A DNA stretch of 64,000 nt. It comes from Patescibacteria group bacterium (GTDB lineage Bacteria; Patescibacteriota; Microgenomatia; UBA1400; 2-01-FULL-45-11). Position 1 is the stretch's first letter. Each line of letters starts with the position of its first letter. The DNA is taken from assembly GCA_042569595.1 (NCBI GenBank), contig JBHPHI010000001.1:8326-72325 (forward strand). The letters run 5' to 3'. Positions 51,125 through 59,155 of the stretch are shown piece after piece. The position numbers and the translations under genes were made by a program. The notes beneath the pieces were generated by a model that was given only the letters and a program-made list of their open reading frames with translations, was not told the DNA's origin and searched no databases.

Positions 51125-51787
51125 CTAGTCTCGAGCTAAAATTCTCAAACGCGCTTGATTCATTTCCGCCAGCTCTCCCGTACTGCTTTTCATCTGGACC
51201 ATATATGTCTTTCCACCTTTTCCAAGTTCAAAAGGTTTTGAGAATTTCCACTCAAAAGAAGTACTATCGCTGGATATATTACTATTGTGAATAACCTCTG
51301 AACTTGTTCTGTCTAAAATTCTTGCCTCAACCTTTCCGTTGATAGATTTTATGCTTGCCTCAAAATAGACAGACACGATCTCTCCGTATCTATCACTATT
51401 TACAGTTGCTTGAGCAGATGAAACATCCGCCCACTCCCTCTTGGATGTGCTGCCAGATCCCATCGGAACAAAGTATTCTCGTATGCCATCTTGAGCTCCA
51501 AGGACATCCTCGATCGGAGATGGTTCTGGAGTTGTGTTTCTTGCCTCAAGCTCAGGCTTCAAGCTTTTCACTGCTTCTGCTGCAGCCTTATTTACCAACA
51601 CTTCATCACCCAACTCAGAATCATATCCCTCGCGCTTTATTAAAGTATCAAGCCTCTTCTCCACCATCCCCATTCGTACATTCAATTCATGACCTTTGCC
51701 AGCCAAGGCCCACCAAGATAAAAAAGCCATATCAATAATTATCAATCCAAAAAACAACATCCAACCTAATTTTTTCTTTTTACTCAC
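51125..51787 (-). CDS. membrane-anchored hypothetical protein
   Basis: N-terminal TM helix; beta-rich C-terminal domain. Overlaps the cysS stop codon region by 8 nt. Confidence 0.4.
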   Translation of the reverse strand: MSKKKKLGWMLFFGLIIIDMAFLSWWALAGKGHELNVRMGMVEKRLDTLIKREGYDSELGDEVLVNKAAAEAVKSLKPELEARNTTPEPSPIEDVLGAQDGIREYFVPMGSGSTSKREWADVSSAQATVNSDRYGEIVSVYFEASIKSINGKVEARILDRTSSEVIHNSNISSDSTSFEWKFSKPFELGKGGKTYMVQMKSSTGELAEMNQARLRILARD

Positions 51788-53195
51788 TACTTTTCCTCCT
51801 AATTCTTCTTACTACAGGGCCATTTGATGTGTCGCCCACCTCAAAGCCCTCTTCCGCCAAAGCATCTCTTACAACGTCTGCCAATTTCCAATCTCCATTT
51901 TGCCTATGCCTCTCTCTTTCCTCAACCAATCTCAGTATATCTTCTGGAATTTTTTCTTCAAGCTTTTCAAATAAATTCAAGCCCAATACTTTATCAAATT
52001 TTTTAACTAATTTCTTTTTGCTTCTGTCAGAAATTTTTTCATCCCTCATAAGATCCCACAAAACCGCTAAAGCTTTTGGGAAAGAAAAATCCTCAGACAC
52101 CGCTTCTCTGAATTTTTTCTCATACGTAGAAGCATCGTTGTCGTCAGCACCATCTCCCAATCTGAACACTAAGCTGCGCAATCTATCATAAGCTTGCTGT
52201 GACTGATCCAAAGACTTCCAAGTAAAGTTTAATTGCTTTTTATAATGACCAGACAAGTAAAAATACTTTAATGCCAAAGGCTCGTATCCTTTTTCAATAA
52301 GATCACTAACTGTATGCGCATTACCCAAGCTCTTTCCCATTCTTCCACCATCAACCAACAAAAACGCCCCATGAACCCAGTGCCTCACAAACGGTTTTTT
52401 TCCGGTTACAACTTCAGACTGAACAATTTCATTTGGATGGTGAGTGCTTTTAAGGTCTTCACCTCCCACATGAATATCAATCTGCTCACCCAGCTCAGCC
52501 AAAATCATAGCGCTACATTCAGCATGCCATCCGGGAAAGCCCACTCCCCACGGACTATCCCACTCCATGTGCCTATTCTCATCTTTTTTTGAAAACTTCC
52601 ATAACGCAAAATCACGAGGATCTTTTTTGTTTAGGTTTATTTCAACCCTAACACCTTCTTTTACTTCGTCTATATTCGATAGCTCTCCATACTTATTCCC
52701 TCCACTCTCGTACTTCTTTACATCAAAATATATTCCGTCATCTTCAATAGAATAAGATAATCCTACCTTCTCAATTCTTCCAACCAAATCAATCTGTTCT
52801 TTTATATAGTCTGTAGCTTTTGTAAATTTCATAGGTTTTAAAAGGTTCAACTTTTCAAAACCATCAAGAAAATCCTTAGCGTAATACTCTGCCAAATCCC
52901 ACGCAGACTTACCCTCTCTTTTTGCAGCTTTTTCCTGCCTATCTTCCCCTATGCTCGAATCTCCCTCATTATCTCCTGTTAGATGCCCAACATCAGTTAT
53001 GTTCATCACATAATTAACATCATGGCCCATGTACTTCACTGACCGAACTATTAAGTCACCCAAAACATAAGTTCTCCAATTCCCTATGGTCACATAGTCA
53101 TATACCGTAGGACCACAAGTGTATATTGTGACTTTTTCAGGATTTAAGGGAGAAAATTCATCAACCGACCTAGTTAGAGAGTTGTAAAACTTCAT
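51780..53195 (-). CDS. cysS: cysteine--tRNA ligase
   Basis: ...IYTCGPTVYDY..IGN.R..., WDSPWG.GFPGWH.EC, KMSKS variant RMGKSLGN. Confidence 0.95.
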   Translation of the reverse strand: MKFYNSLTRSVDEFSPLNPEKVTIYTCGPTVYDYVTIGNWRTYVLGDLIVRSVKYMGHDVNYVMNITDVGHLTGDNEGDSSIGEDRQEKAAKREGKSAWDLAEYYAKDFLDGFEKLNLLKPMKFTKATDYIKEQIDLVGRIEKVGLSYSIEDDGIYFDVKKYESGGNKYGELSNIDEVKEGVRVEINLNKKDPRDFALWKFSKKDENRHMEWDSPWGVGFPGWHAECSAMILAELGEQIDIHVGGEDLKSTHHPNEIVQSEVVTGKKPFVRHWVHGAFLLVDGGRMGKSLGNAHTVSDLIEKGYEPLALKYFYLSGHYKKQLNFTWKSLDQSQQAYDRLRSLVFRLGDGADDNDASTYEKKFREAVSEDFSFPKALAVLWDLMRDEKISDRSKKKLVKKFDKVLGLNLFEKLEEKIPEDILRLVEERERHRQNGDWKLADVVRDALAEEGFEVGDTSNGPVVRRIRRKSSE

Positions 53196-53236
53196 ACTAA
53201 AACTTTACCACACAGATCAATAAAATAATTCAAAAA

Positions 53237-53755
53237 TTAGTCCTTATTTCTACCCAACTCTTTTGTGCCCTTCTTCTTTTTTGCAGAACTCATAGGACCC
53301 GAAGGGCCTTCTTGAGAAGCAGCTGTTGGCGCATTCAAAACAGCATCTTTCGCATCTTGTTTTTGAAGCTGGACGATTCTCTCTTGCTCTTTTTTTTGTT
53401 CCTCTTGTTCTTCCAAATTTTCTTCCTGATCCTCTTTGGATTCCTCCTGCTGTTGAAAAGACTCTTCTTCTTTCAGTCTTTGCCTATGAAGCTGAAGAAG
53501 TTTCTGAACCTTTTCTCTATCATCAAGTTTCTTTTTTACCATAAGATTGCTTGCAGCCTGATCCGACGGCTTCTTTCCTTGGGTCTTTTTACCACCAGTA
53601 GTGCCTGTTTCCTCAGCGGAAGCACCTTCCTCTTCATCAGCAGTTCCCAAAGCATTCTCCAAAATTTTTTTAGGTTCCTGAGAAACAGCCTTTCCCGAAT
53701 CCTTAGCCAACTTACCAAGTTTCTCTAATGTATCCTGAACAACACTTTTCTGCAT
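53237..53755 (-). CDS. Lys/Glu-rich low-complexity protein (probably disordered/coiled coil)
   Basis: ...EESFQQQEESKEDQEENLEEQEEQKKEQER...; no domain. Confidence 0.4.
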   Translation of the reverse strand: MQKSVVQDTLEKLGKLAKDSGKAVSQEPKKILENALGTADEEEGASAEETGTTGGKKTQGKKPSDQAASNLMVKKKLDDREKVQKLLQLHRQRLKEEESFQQQEESKEDQEENLEEQEEQKKEQERIVQLQKQDAKDAVLNAPTAASQEGPSGPMSSAKKKKGTKELGRNKD

Positions 53756-53803
53756 AGTAAAATACTACCCCAAAGAACCCATCAAATCATTAGGAAATTA
53801 TTT

Positions 53804-54373
53804 CTAATCTGAATACTCAGTATTCTTTTTCATATCCTTTTCAATCAACCTTCTCAAATACACTGCTCTCGGAGTTTTTTTCTTTTTTGAAACATGATCC
53901 AGATACTGCCCAATCATCGGTGAAATAAAAAAGTTAAATCTTATATCCACCTTTTCAACAGCTTCCTCAACGGCATAATCCAAAATATCGTCAAGATCTT
54001 TTTCTGTGTACTCAAAAAGCAAAAATCTATCAGACTTTACTCCCTGCAAAACCCCTGGCTCTTTTCCGGGTTGATACAAGGCGACTACCGGCCTTCCTTT
54101 GTCTAAGGCTAAAGTTACCTCATGACCAATACTAATAGATGAAGGGAAAGAAACCTCACAAACCACCAAGTCACATGAGGTAATCATTTTATTCATCTTC
54201 CTGTGATACTTTAACCTCTGATCATGAGTTCTGTTATCAATCTCACCTGTTGTCATTTTCAATATGTGATCTGACATCACCTTATGTCCAATTTTTTCCA
54301 AAAACCCAACTATTTTTCCATAAACATCCTTGCCAACTCCACCATGCAATGATCCCGTAAAATAAATTTTCAT
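53804..54373 (-). CDS. DNPH1/Rcl-like (nucleoside 2-deoxyribosyltransferase fold) domain fused to a C-terminal ribbon-helix-helix tail, paralog 1
   Basis: MKIYFTGSLHGG..., ...CDLVVCEVSFPSSISIGHEVTLALDKGRPVVAL... (acidic catalytic-position Glu present); tail IRFNFFISPMIGQYLDHVSKKKKTPRAVYLRRLIEKDM. Confidence 0.6.
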   Translation of the reverse strand: MKIYFTGSLHGGVGKDVYGKIVGFLEKIGHKVMSDHILKMTTGEIDNRTHDQRLKYHRKMNKMITSCDLVVCEVSFPSSISIGHEVTLALDKGRPVVALYQPGKEPGVLQGVKSDRFLLFEYTEKDLDDILDYAVEEAVEKVDIRFNFFISPMIGQYLDHVSKKKKTPRAVYLRRLIEKDMKKNTEYSD

Positions 54374-54374
54374 A

Positions 54375-55316
54375 TTAGTCTCTAAGTATTTCCAAATCTG
54401 ATTCTAATTTTTCACAAGGAAGTTGGGTTAGAAACATAGATGTTCTATTCAACACCTCCTCTTTTGTGATAGATTCCAAAATCTCTGTCCCATATGCTTC
54501 CACCGTGTAAGAAGCCAAAATACTTCCCAATAACGCGGCAGTTCTCATTGATCTCATATCAAATCTACCCAAAGCTGACAAAACACCAGCTATCGCTCCT
54601 CCTAAAACATCTCCCGCTCCCGTTGGATCAACAGCATAAACCAATGGATAGCTTGGAACTATAAAATTTCCCAACTTCCCATAAACAGACAGGCCATGCT
54701 CTCCCTTTTTATAAACAATCACTTTCGGCCCCAAAAGCATTAGTGTCTCTATCATTTCTGGCAAAGGGAGATCTTTTCCAACCAAAAACTTTGCCTCCCC
54801 TTCCGATATTGTGAAAACATCAACATCCTCAAGAACTTTTATCAGGTGATCTCTCTTCTCTATCATCCACAATTCCATACTATCTAATATTTTTATAGTA
54901 TTTTTTGGAAGGTTTTTCACAATTTTTCCCTGAATTTCTGGGTCTATATTTGACACAAAAGCAGCGAAACTGTCTTTTGAAAGTGGCTTAACTTTTTTTG
55001 CATCATAATCCTCAAAAGCATTCATCTCATTCTTTATGGTGGTCACTTTGCCTAGATCAGCAGAGTATCGTGCCTCCCAATGAAAAGATTTCCTTTTTGA
55101 CTTATATACTCCAGAAATATCCACCCCCTTGGATTCCAGCAAATCTAAATAATCTAAGGGAAAATCGTTGCCAACAATACTGCTCAGAGCTGTTTCACAA
55201 AAAATTGATGATGCTAGTGCTGCGTAAGTGGCTGAACCACCCACAACATTATTCAAACAATGCTCTTTAAAATGAATTTTATCCACAGCCATAGTGGGAC
55301 AAATAAAAGACTTCAT
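54375..55316 (-). CDS. PfkB-family (ribokinase-like) sugar/nucleoside kinase
   Basis: ...VGGSATY..., C-terminal DPTGAGDVLGGA anion-hole/catalytic motif. Confidence 0.8.
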   Translation of the reverse strand: MKSFICPTMAVDKIHFKEHCLNNVVGGSATYAALASSIFCETALSSIVGNDFPLDYLDLLESKGVDISGVYKSKRKSFHWEARYSADLGKVTTIKNEMNAFEDYDAKKVKPLSKDSFAAFVSNIDPEIQGKIVKNLPKNTIKILDSMELWMIEKRDHLIKVLEDVDVFTISEGEAKFLVGKDLPLPEMIETLMLLGPKVIVYKKGEHGLSVYGKLGNFIVPSYPLVYAVDPTGAGDVLGGAIAGVLSALGRFDMRSMRTAALLGSILASYTVEAYGTEILESITKEEVLNRTSMFLTQLPCEKLESDLEILRD

Positions 55317-55373
55317 CTTATGTTTACCTTTCTTCTTTCAGATTGTATCAAAATATATCAATTTTTAACAAAA

Positions 55374-55943
55374 CTAATGATCTGAAAAGTTTGAATCTCC
55401 CATGTCTTCTTCTATTAACCTTCTCAGGTAAACAGCTCTGGGAACTCTCTTTTTTCTTGCAATCCAATCTAAATAATTTGCAATTTTAGGAGATATAAAA
55501 AAGTTAAACCTCGTATCTGTCTTCCCAGCAGCCTCTTTTATAGCAAATTCCAAAACATCTTCTAAATCTTCAAGGCTATATTTTTCTACAATCAGTTTAT
55601 CTGACTTTACTCCCACCAAAAAATGAGATGCTTTCCCAGTTGAGTGAAGAACAATTACTGGCTTTCCTTTTTCCAAAGCCACAGTAATCTCATGGCCCAA
55701 ACTAAGCGAGTTACTTGAAGCTTCAACCAACACCACGTCAGCTTGATTCATCCACTTTAAAACTTGCTTATAATATCCAACCTTATCATCATCTGAAATT
55801 TCATTGTACACATAATCTTCATTAACCTTAGTTGTCTGCTCCAATACCTTACAATCAAGCTTTTCCAACGTCTCTACGATCTTTTTATAGTGATTCAGAT
55901 ACTTTTTTGAACCAGATACAGAAGCTGTAAAATATACTTTCAA
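55374..55943 (-). CDS. DNPH1/Rcl-like domain + ribbon-helix-helix tail, paralog 2 (TTG start)
   Basis: MKVYFTASVSGS..., ...ADVVLVEASSNSLSLGHEITVALEKGKPVIVL...; tail TRFNFFISPKIANYLDWIARKKRVPRAVYLRRLIEEDM. Confidence 0.6.
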   Translation of the reverse strand: MKVYFTASVSGSKKYLNHYKKIVETLEKLDCKVLEQTTKVNEDYVYNEISDDDKVGYYKQVLKWMNQADVVLVEASSNSLSLGHEITVALEKGKPVIVLHSTGKASHFLVGVKSDKLIVEKYSLEDLEDVLEFAIKEAAGKTDTRFNFFISPKIANYLDWIARKKRVPRAVYLRRLIEEDMGDSNFSDH

Positions 55944-56018
55944 TTTCGTCCTATACTTTTATTGCCTATCCAATATACCATTGTCCGTCAACCGAACAAA
56001 AAATCATCAAAAAATCTA

Positions 56019-56891
56019 TTAATTTTTGACCCATACTGTTAATTTTGACCAAGGAATGTGCTTAAACCCAGCTTTTTTTAAGGCATTATTTAACCTCATT
56101 TCATCAAAATCAAAGTGAAATGGATGTCTTCCTCCATGAGTATTTCCAAACTCAGATCGATGGACAAACACTTTTGTTTTTTTAGATAGTTTTTCAACAA
56201 CTTCTAAAGGGTTAACCATATGCTCCAACACGTCAATTGCCCAAAAAACTTCAACGTCCGGAAGTTTTCTTGCTTTCTCAACATCAATAATGACATTTTT
56301 TAGTGCCCTATTATTCAACCTCCACTTTAAAAAATCAACTGATGGACACATATAGTCTACAAACTCAGCTCTAAAACCCTTTTCTATCATCAGCAAACCA
56401 TCATTCCCCACACCACACCCATAGTCCACAAAACTTGAAACAGAAAACCTCTTACTAATCTTATCCATATCAGAAGAAAACGTATCTCTGTCCCCACTTT
56501 CATACCAGATAATTAAATTATATAAATACTCATTAGTATTCTTATAAAAATCCGCAACTTCTTCTTTGCTGCTGGGGTTTTTATTCAACCAGTCGTTTGC
56601 AATGGCTAAAGAAGAGTCAAAATACTCAACAAAGGAACTTCCTAGGTATATTTCCAGCTCCTGCAAACCCAAAGACCCCTTAGATGCATCCCACCTTGTC
56701 TTGTTCCACAAGTTCCAACAATCTCTACAGTTATTGATGTGATCTTTGTGTTTTTCAGTTTCTGACCCACTAAGGTGTTGTTTTGACAAAAGAAACGATG
56801 ACAGGTCATCAAGAGAAAAGTGCTTCTTCAGCACTTTTTTATTTATTTTTTTTGAATCAACTTTATGTTTGTCGGCGCTAATCATCCTCAT
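56019..56891 (-). CDS. class I SAM-dependent methyltransferase with N-terminal zf-HC2 (anti-sigma-type) zinc-finger-like segment
   Basis: HINNCRDC (H-x3-C-x2-C) preceded by ...LSSFLLSKQHLSGSE...; motif I VDYGCGVGNDG; ...AIDVLEHM.... The start overlaps paralog 3 by 14 nt. Confidence 0.7.
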   Translation of the reverse strand: MRMISADKHKVDSKKINKKVLKKHFSLDDLSSFLLSKQHLSGSETEKHKDHINNCRDCWNLWNKTRWDASKGSLGLQELEIYLGSSFVEYFDSSLAIANDWLNKNPSSKEEVADFYKNTNEYLYNLIIWYESGDRDTFSSDMDKISKRFSVSSFVDYGCGVGNDGLLMIEKGFRAEFVDYMCPSVDFLKWRLNNRALKNVIIDVEKARKLPDVEVFWAIDVLEHMVNPLEVVEKLSKKTKVFVHRSEFGNTHGGRHPFHFDFDEMRLNNALKKAGFKHIPWSKLTVWVKN

Positions 56892-57450
56892 ATCCCTGCT
56901 CTCTTTTCATTGCTTGTTCTATTAGTCTTCTCAGATATACTGCCCTTGGCACTCTTTTCTTTTTTGAAATCCAGTCAAGATAATGAGAAATTTTTGGAGA
57001 TATAAAAAAGTTAAACCTAGTATCCATTTGTTCTTGAGCAAACTCAAAAGATCTCTCAAGCGCTTTTTTAACATTTCCCGGCTTGTATTCAACAACCTGC
57101 AACCTATCGTTGTCTATACCTAAAGCGAAATGTGGCTCATGATTTGGCAGATACATCGCAACTACCGGTTTGTTTGCATCAATCGCTTTATGAAGAACAT
57201 ATCCCATAGAGAAACTATGCACAGAAACCTCCAAAACAACAACATCTGCCGAAGAAATATACTTCATCGCCTTCTTAAACAAACCAACCTGATCTTTATG
57301 GTTGCCAGAATAAAAACTATCTTCATCAACTTTAAAAACAAGGTTGTCTGCATTCTCATGACCCAACTCTTCTATTGAGTCATAAATCTTCCTATAGTTT
57401 TCCTCAAAACTTGCCTTACCTCTTGCGGAAGCGGTGAAATATACTTTCAT
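56878..57450 (-). CDS. DNPH1/Rcl-like domain + ribbon-helix-helix tail, paralog 3 (catalytic-position Glu replaced)
   Basis: MKVYFTASARGK..., ...ADVVVLEVSVHSFSMGYVLHKAIDANKPVVAM... (GYVL instead of GHE[VI]); tail TRFNFFISPKISHYLDWISKKKRVPRAVYLRRLIEQAM. Confidence 0.6.
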   Translation of the reverse strand: MKVYFTASARGKASFEENYRKIYDSIEELGHENADNLVFKVDEDSFYSGNHKDQVGLFKKAMKYISSADVVVLEVSVHSFSMGYVLHKAIDANKPVVAMYLPNHEPHFALGIDNDRLQVVEYKPGNVKKALERSFEFAQEQMDTRFNFFISPKISHYLDWISKKKRVPRAVYLRRLIEQAMKREQGYEDD

Positions 57451-57466
57451 AATATTCCTGTATTAA

Positions 57467-58081
57467 TTAAACTTCCCTTCTTCCCTCAAACGCTCTTGAG
57501 AGAGTAATATCGTCGGCATACTCTAGATCTCCTCCAACGGGTAGCCCGCGACCAATTCTTGTTATCTTTATATCAAGTTTTTTGTCTGTAACAAGTTTTG
57601 AAATGTACATGGCCGTGGCTTCACCTTCCATAGTAGGGTTGGTAGCCAGTATAAGTTCACGGATTCTATCATCTTTTAGCCTGGGAAGCAAGTCATAAAG
57701 GTGAAGTTGTTCTGGGCCTATATTATTTAATGGAGAGATAGATCCATGAAGCACGTGATACAACCCATCGTACCCCCCACTCCTCTCCACCACCAACACA
57801 TCCAAAGGCTGCTCCACAACACAAATCACGCTCTCTTCTCTATCGGAGGAAGAACACACCTCACATGGATCAGTTTCTCCTACATTGTTGCATTCAGAGC
57901 ATATTTGAGTATCTTTTTTTAGCCTGGTAAAAGCATCAGCAAACCCATCAAGCTCAGTTTGTGGGTTATGAAGTAAATAAAATACTAGCCTTTGCGCAGT
58001 TTTCGGACCCACTCCAGGTAGCTTCTCAAATTGCTCAATCAGTCTTTGAATTGCTTTTGGTAATCTCATAAACGGTCTCAC
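57467..58081 (-). CDS. recR: recombination protein RecR (probable start MRLPK at 58069)
   Basis: ...LIEQFEKLPGVGPKTAQRL.FYLL (HhH), C4 zinc finger CSECNN...CEVC, Toprim domain. Confidence 0.92.
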   Translation of the reverse strand: MRPFMRLPKAIQRLIEQFEKLPGVGPKTAQRLVFYLLHNPQTELDGFADAFTRLKKDTQICSECNNVGETDPCEVCSSSDREESVICVVEQPLDVLVVERSGGYDGLYHVLHGSISPLNNIGPEQLHLYDLLPRLKDDRIRELILATNPTMEGEATAMYISKLVTDKKLDIKITRIGRGLPVGGDLEYADDITLSRAFEGRREV

Positions 58082-58103
58082 TAGTATATATCACGAAACA
58101 AAA

Positions 58104-58132
58104 TTGCATTGTAAGCAACCTTTAGCTACAAT
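58104..58132 (+). promoter_or_regulatory. promoter giving a leaderless GTG-start transcript
   Basis: TTGCAT (58104-09) - 17 nt - TACAAT (58127-32) - 6 nt - GTG 58139. Confidence 0.45.
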
Positions 58133-58138
58133 TCCTCC

Positions 58139-58930
58139 GTGAGCAACAATAAATTAATCCATCTCATAGCAGACTACGGTAAAGGTGACCTTGCTTTCGC
58201 CGAGGTGTTCCAAAGACTTCAAGGACTAAACCCAGATGACGTCATTCTGCCCACCTCAGTTCCTGCTTTTTCAACATTAGCTACTGGATTTGTAATATCT
58301 CAACTTGCTCTAAATGATCCCATCGAAAACATGACCATTTACAGCAACACTGCCCCCAGAAAAGATGATACCGAAAAAAGACACGAAAATGTTGGCGAAC
58401 CTTTCGTTTACGCCATTTTAGAAAACGGCATAGTAGTGTGTGGAGTTCACGCTCAATACGCATTCAGCTTCATAAAACCCCACATCAAGAAATTCGGTAT
58501 GGTCAACGTAGAAAACAGAGGATCACAGTTTAGAAGTAGAGATTTCTATCCTGCCGGAGCCACAGCAGTTTTCAACGACGACAAAAAGGCCTTTGGAGAC
58601 AAACTAGACTTAAAACACATTCCAGAAATCCCAAAAAACAAAATCATGTATGCAGACGGATATGGAAACATCAAAACCACCATTAGATCTTCAAAAGTAA
58701 CTTTCAAACCAGGAGAAAAAATCCGGATAAATATTGGTGGACACATCAGAACCGGAGTTTACGCAGACGCAAACTTTGAAGTTAAATCTGGAGATTTGGC
58801 TTTTGCTCCAGGTAGCTCGGGTGGATCAGACAGATTTATGGAAATCTTTTTAAGAGGCAGCAGTGCACATAAAATGTTCTTCAAGCCAATGGTGGAATCC
58901 GATATTTCACTAGAACGATTCGAAGACTAA
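58139..58930 (+). CDS. divergent SAM hydroxide adenosyltransferase-like protein (DUF62 / SAM hydrolase-halogenase family)
   Basis: IHLIADYGKGDLAFAEV... matches the family N-terminus (..DFG..D.YVG..). C-terminal barrel ...FAPGSSGG..FMEI.LRGSSA... also matches. The usual DPGVG loop is replaced by YSNTAPRKDD. Confidence 0.55.
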   Translation: MSNNKLIHLIADYGKGDLAFAEVFQRLQGLNPDDVILPTSVPAFSTLATGFVISQLALNDPIENMTIYSNTAPRKDDTEKRHENVGEPFVYAILENGIVVCGVHAQYAFSFIKPHIKKFGMVNVENRGSQFRSRDFYPAGATAVFNDDKKAFGDKLDLKHIPEIPKNKIMYADGYGNIKTTIRSSKVTFKPGEKIRINIGGHIRTGVYADANFEVKSGDLAFAPGSSGGSDRFMEIFLRGSSAHKMFFKPMVESDISLERFED

Positions 58931-58935
58931 ACTTC

Positions 58936-59151
58936 TCAATATCCTTTCGGACAATTTTCTTTTGGTTTTATTTTCCCCCAATTATTTGGTCCATACACTT
59001 CAGCTCCTGGCTGGTCTTCAACCAAGCAAATCTCACCTTTACCCATTTTCTTATCAGAAATTTCTACATACCCAGGACAACTATCAAAAATTGATTTACA
59101 CACCCTAAGATCAGAAGGAGTTAGGAAATTTAAAGCAGCTTCTTTTGACAC
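58936..59151 (-). CDS. small Cys-containing hypothetical protein downstream of thyA
   Basis: 71 aa, 4 Cys; no domain recognised. Confidence 0.35.
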   Translation of the reverse strand: MSKEAALNFLTPSDLRVCKSIFDSCPGYVEISDKKMGKGEICLVEDQPGAEVYGPNNWGKIKPKENCPKGY

Positions 59152-59155
59152 AAAC

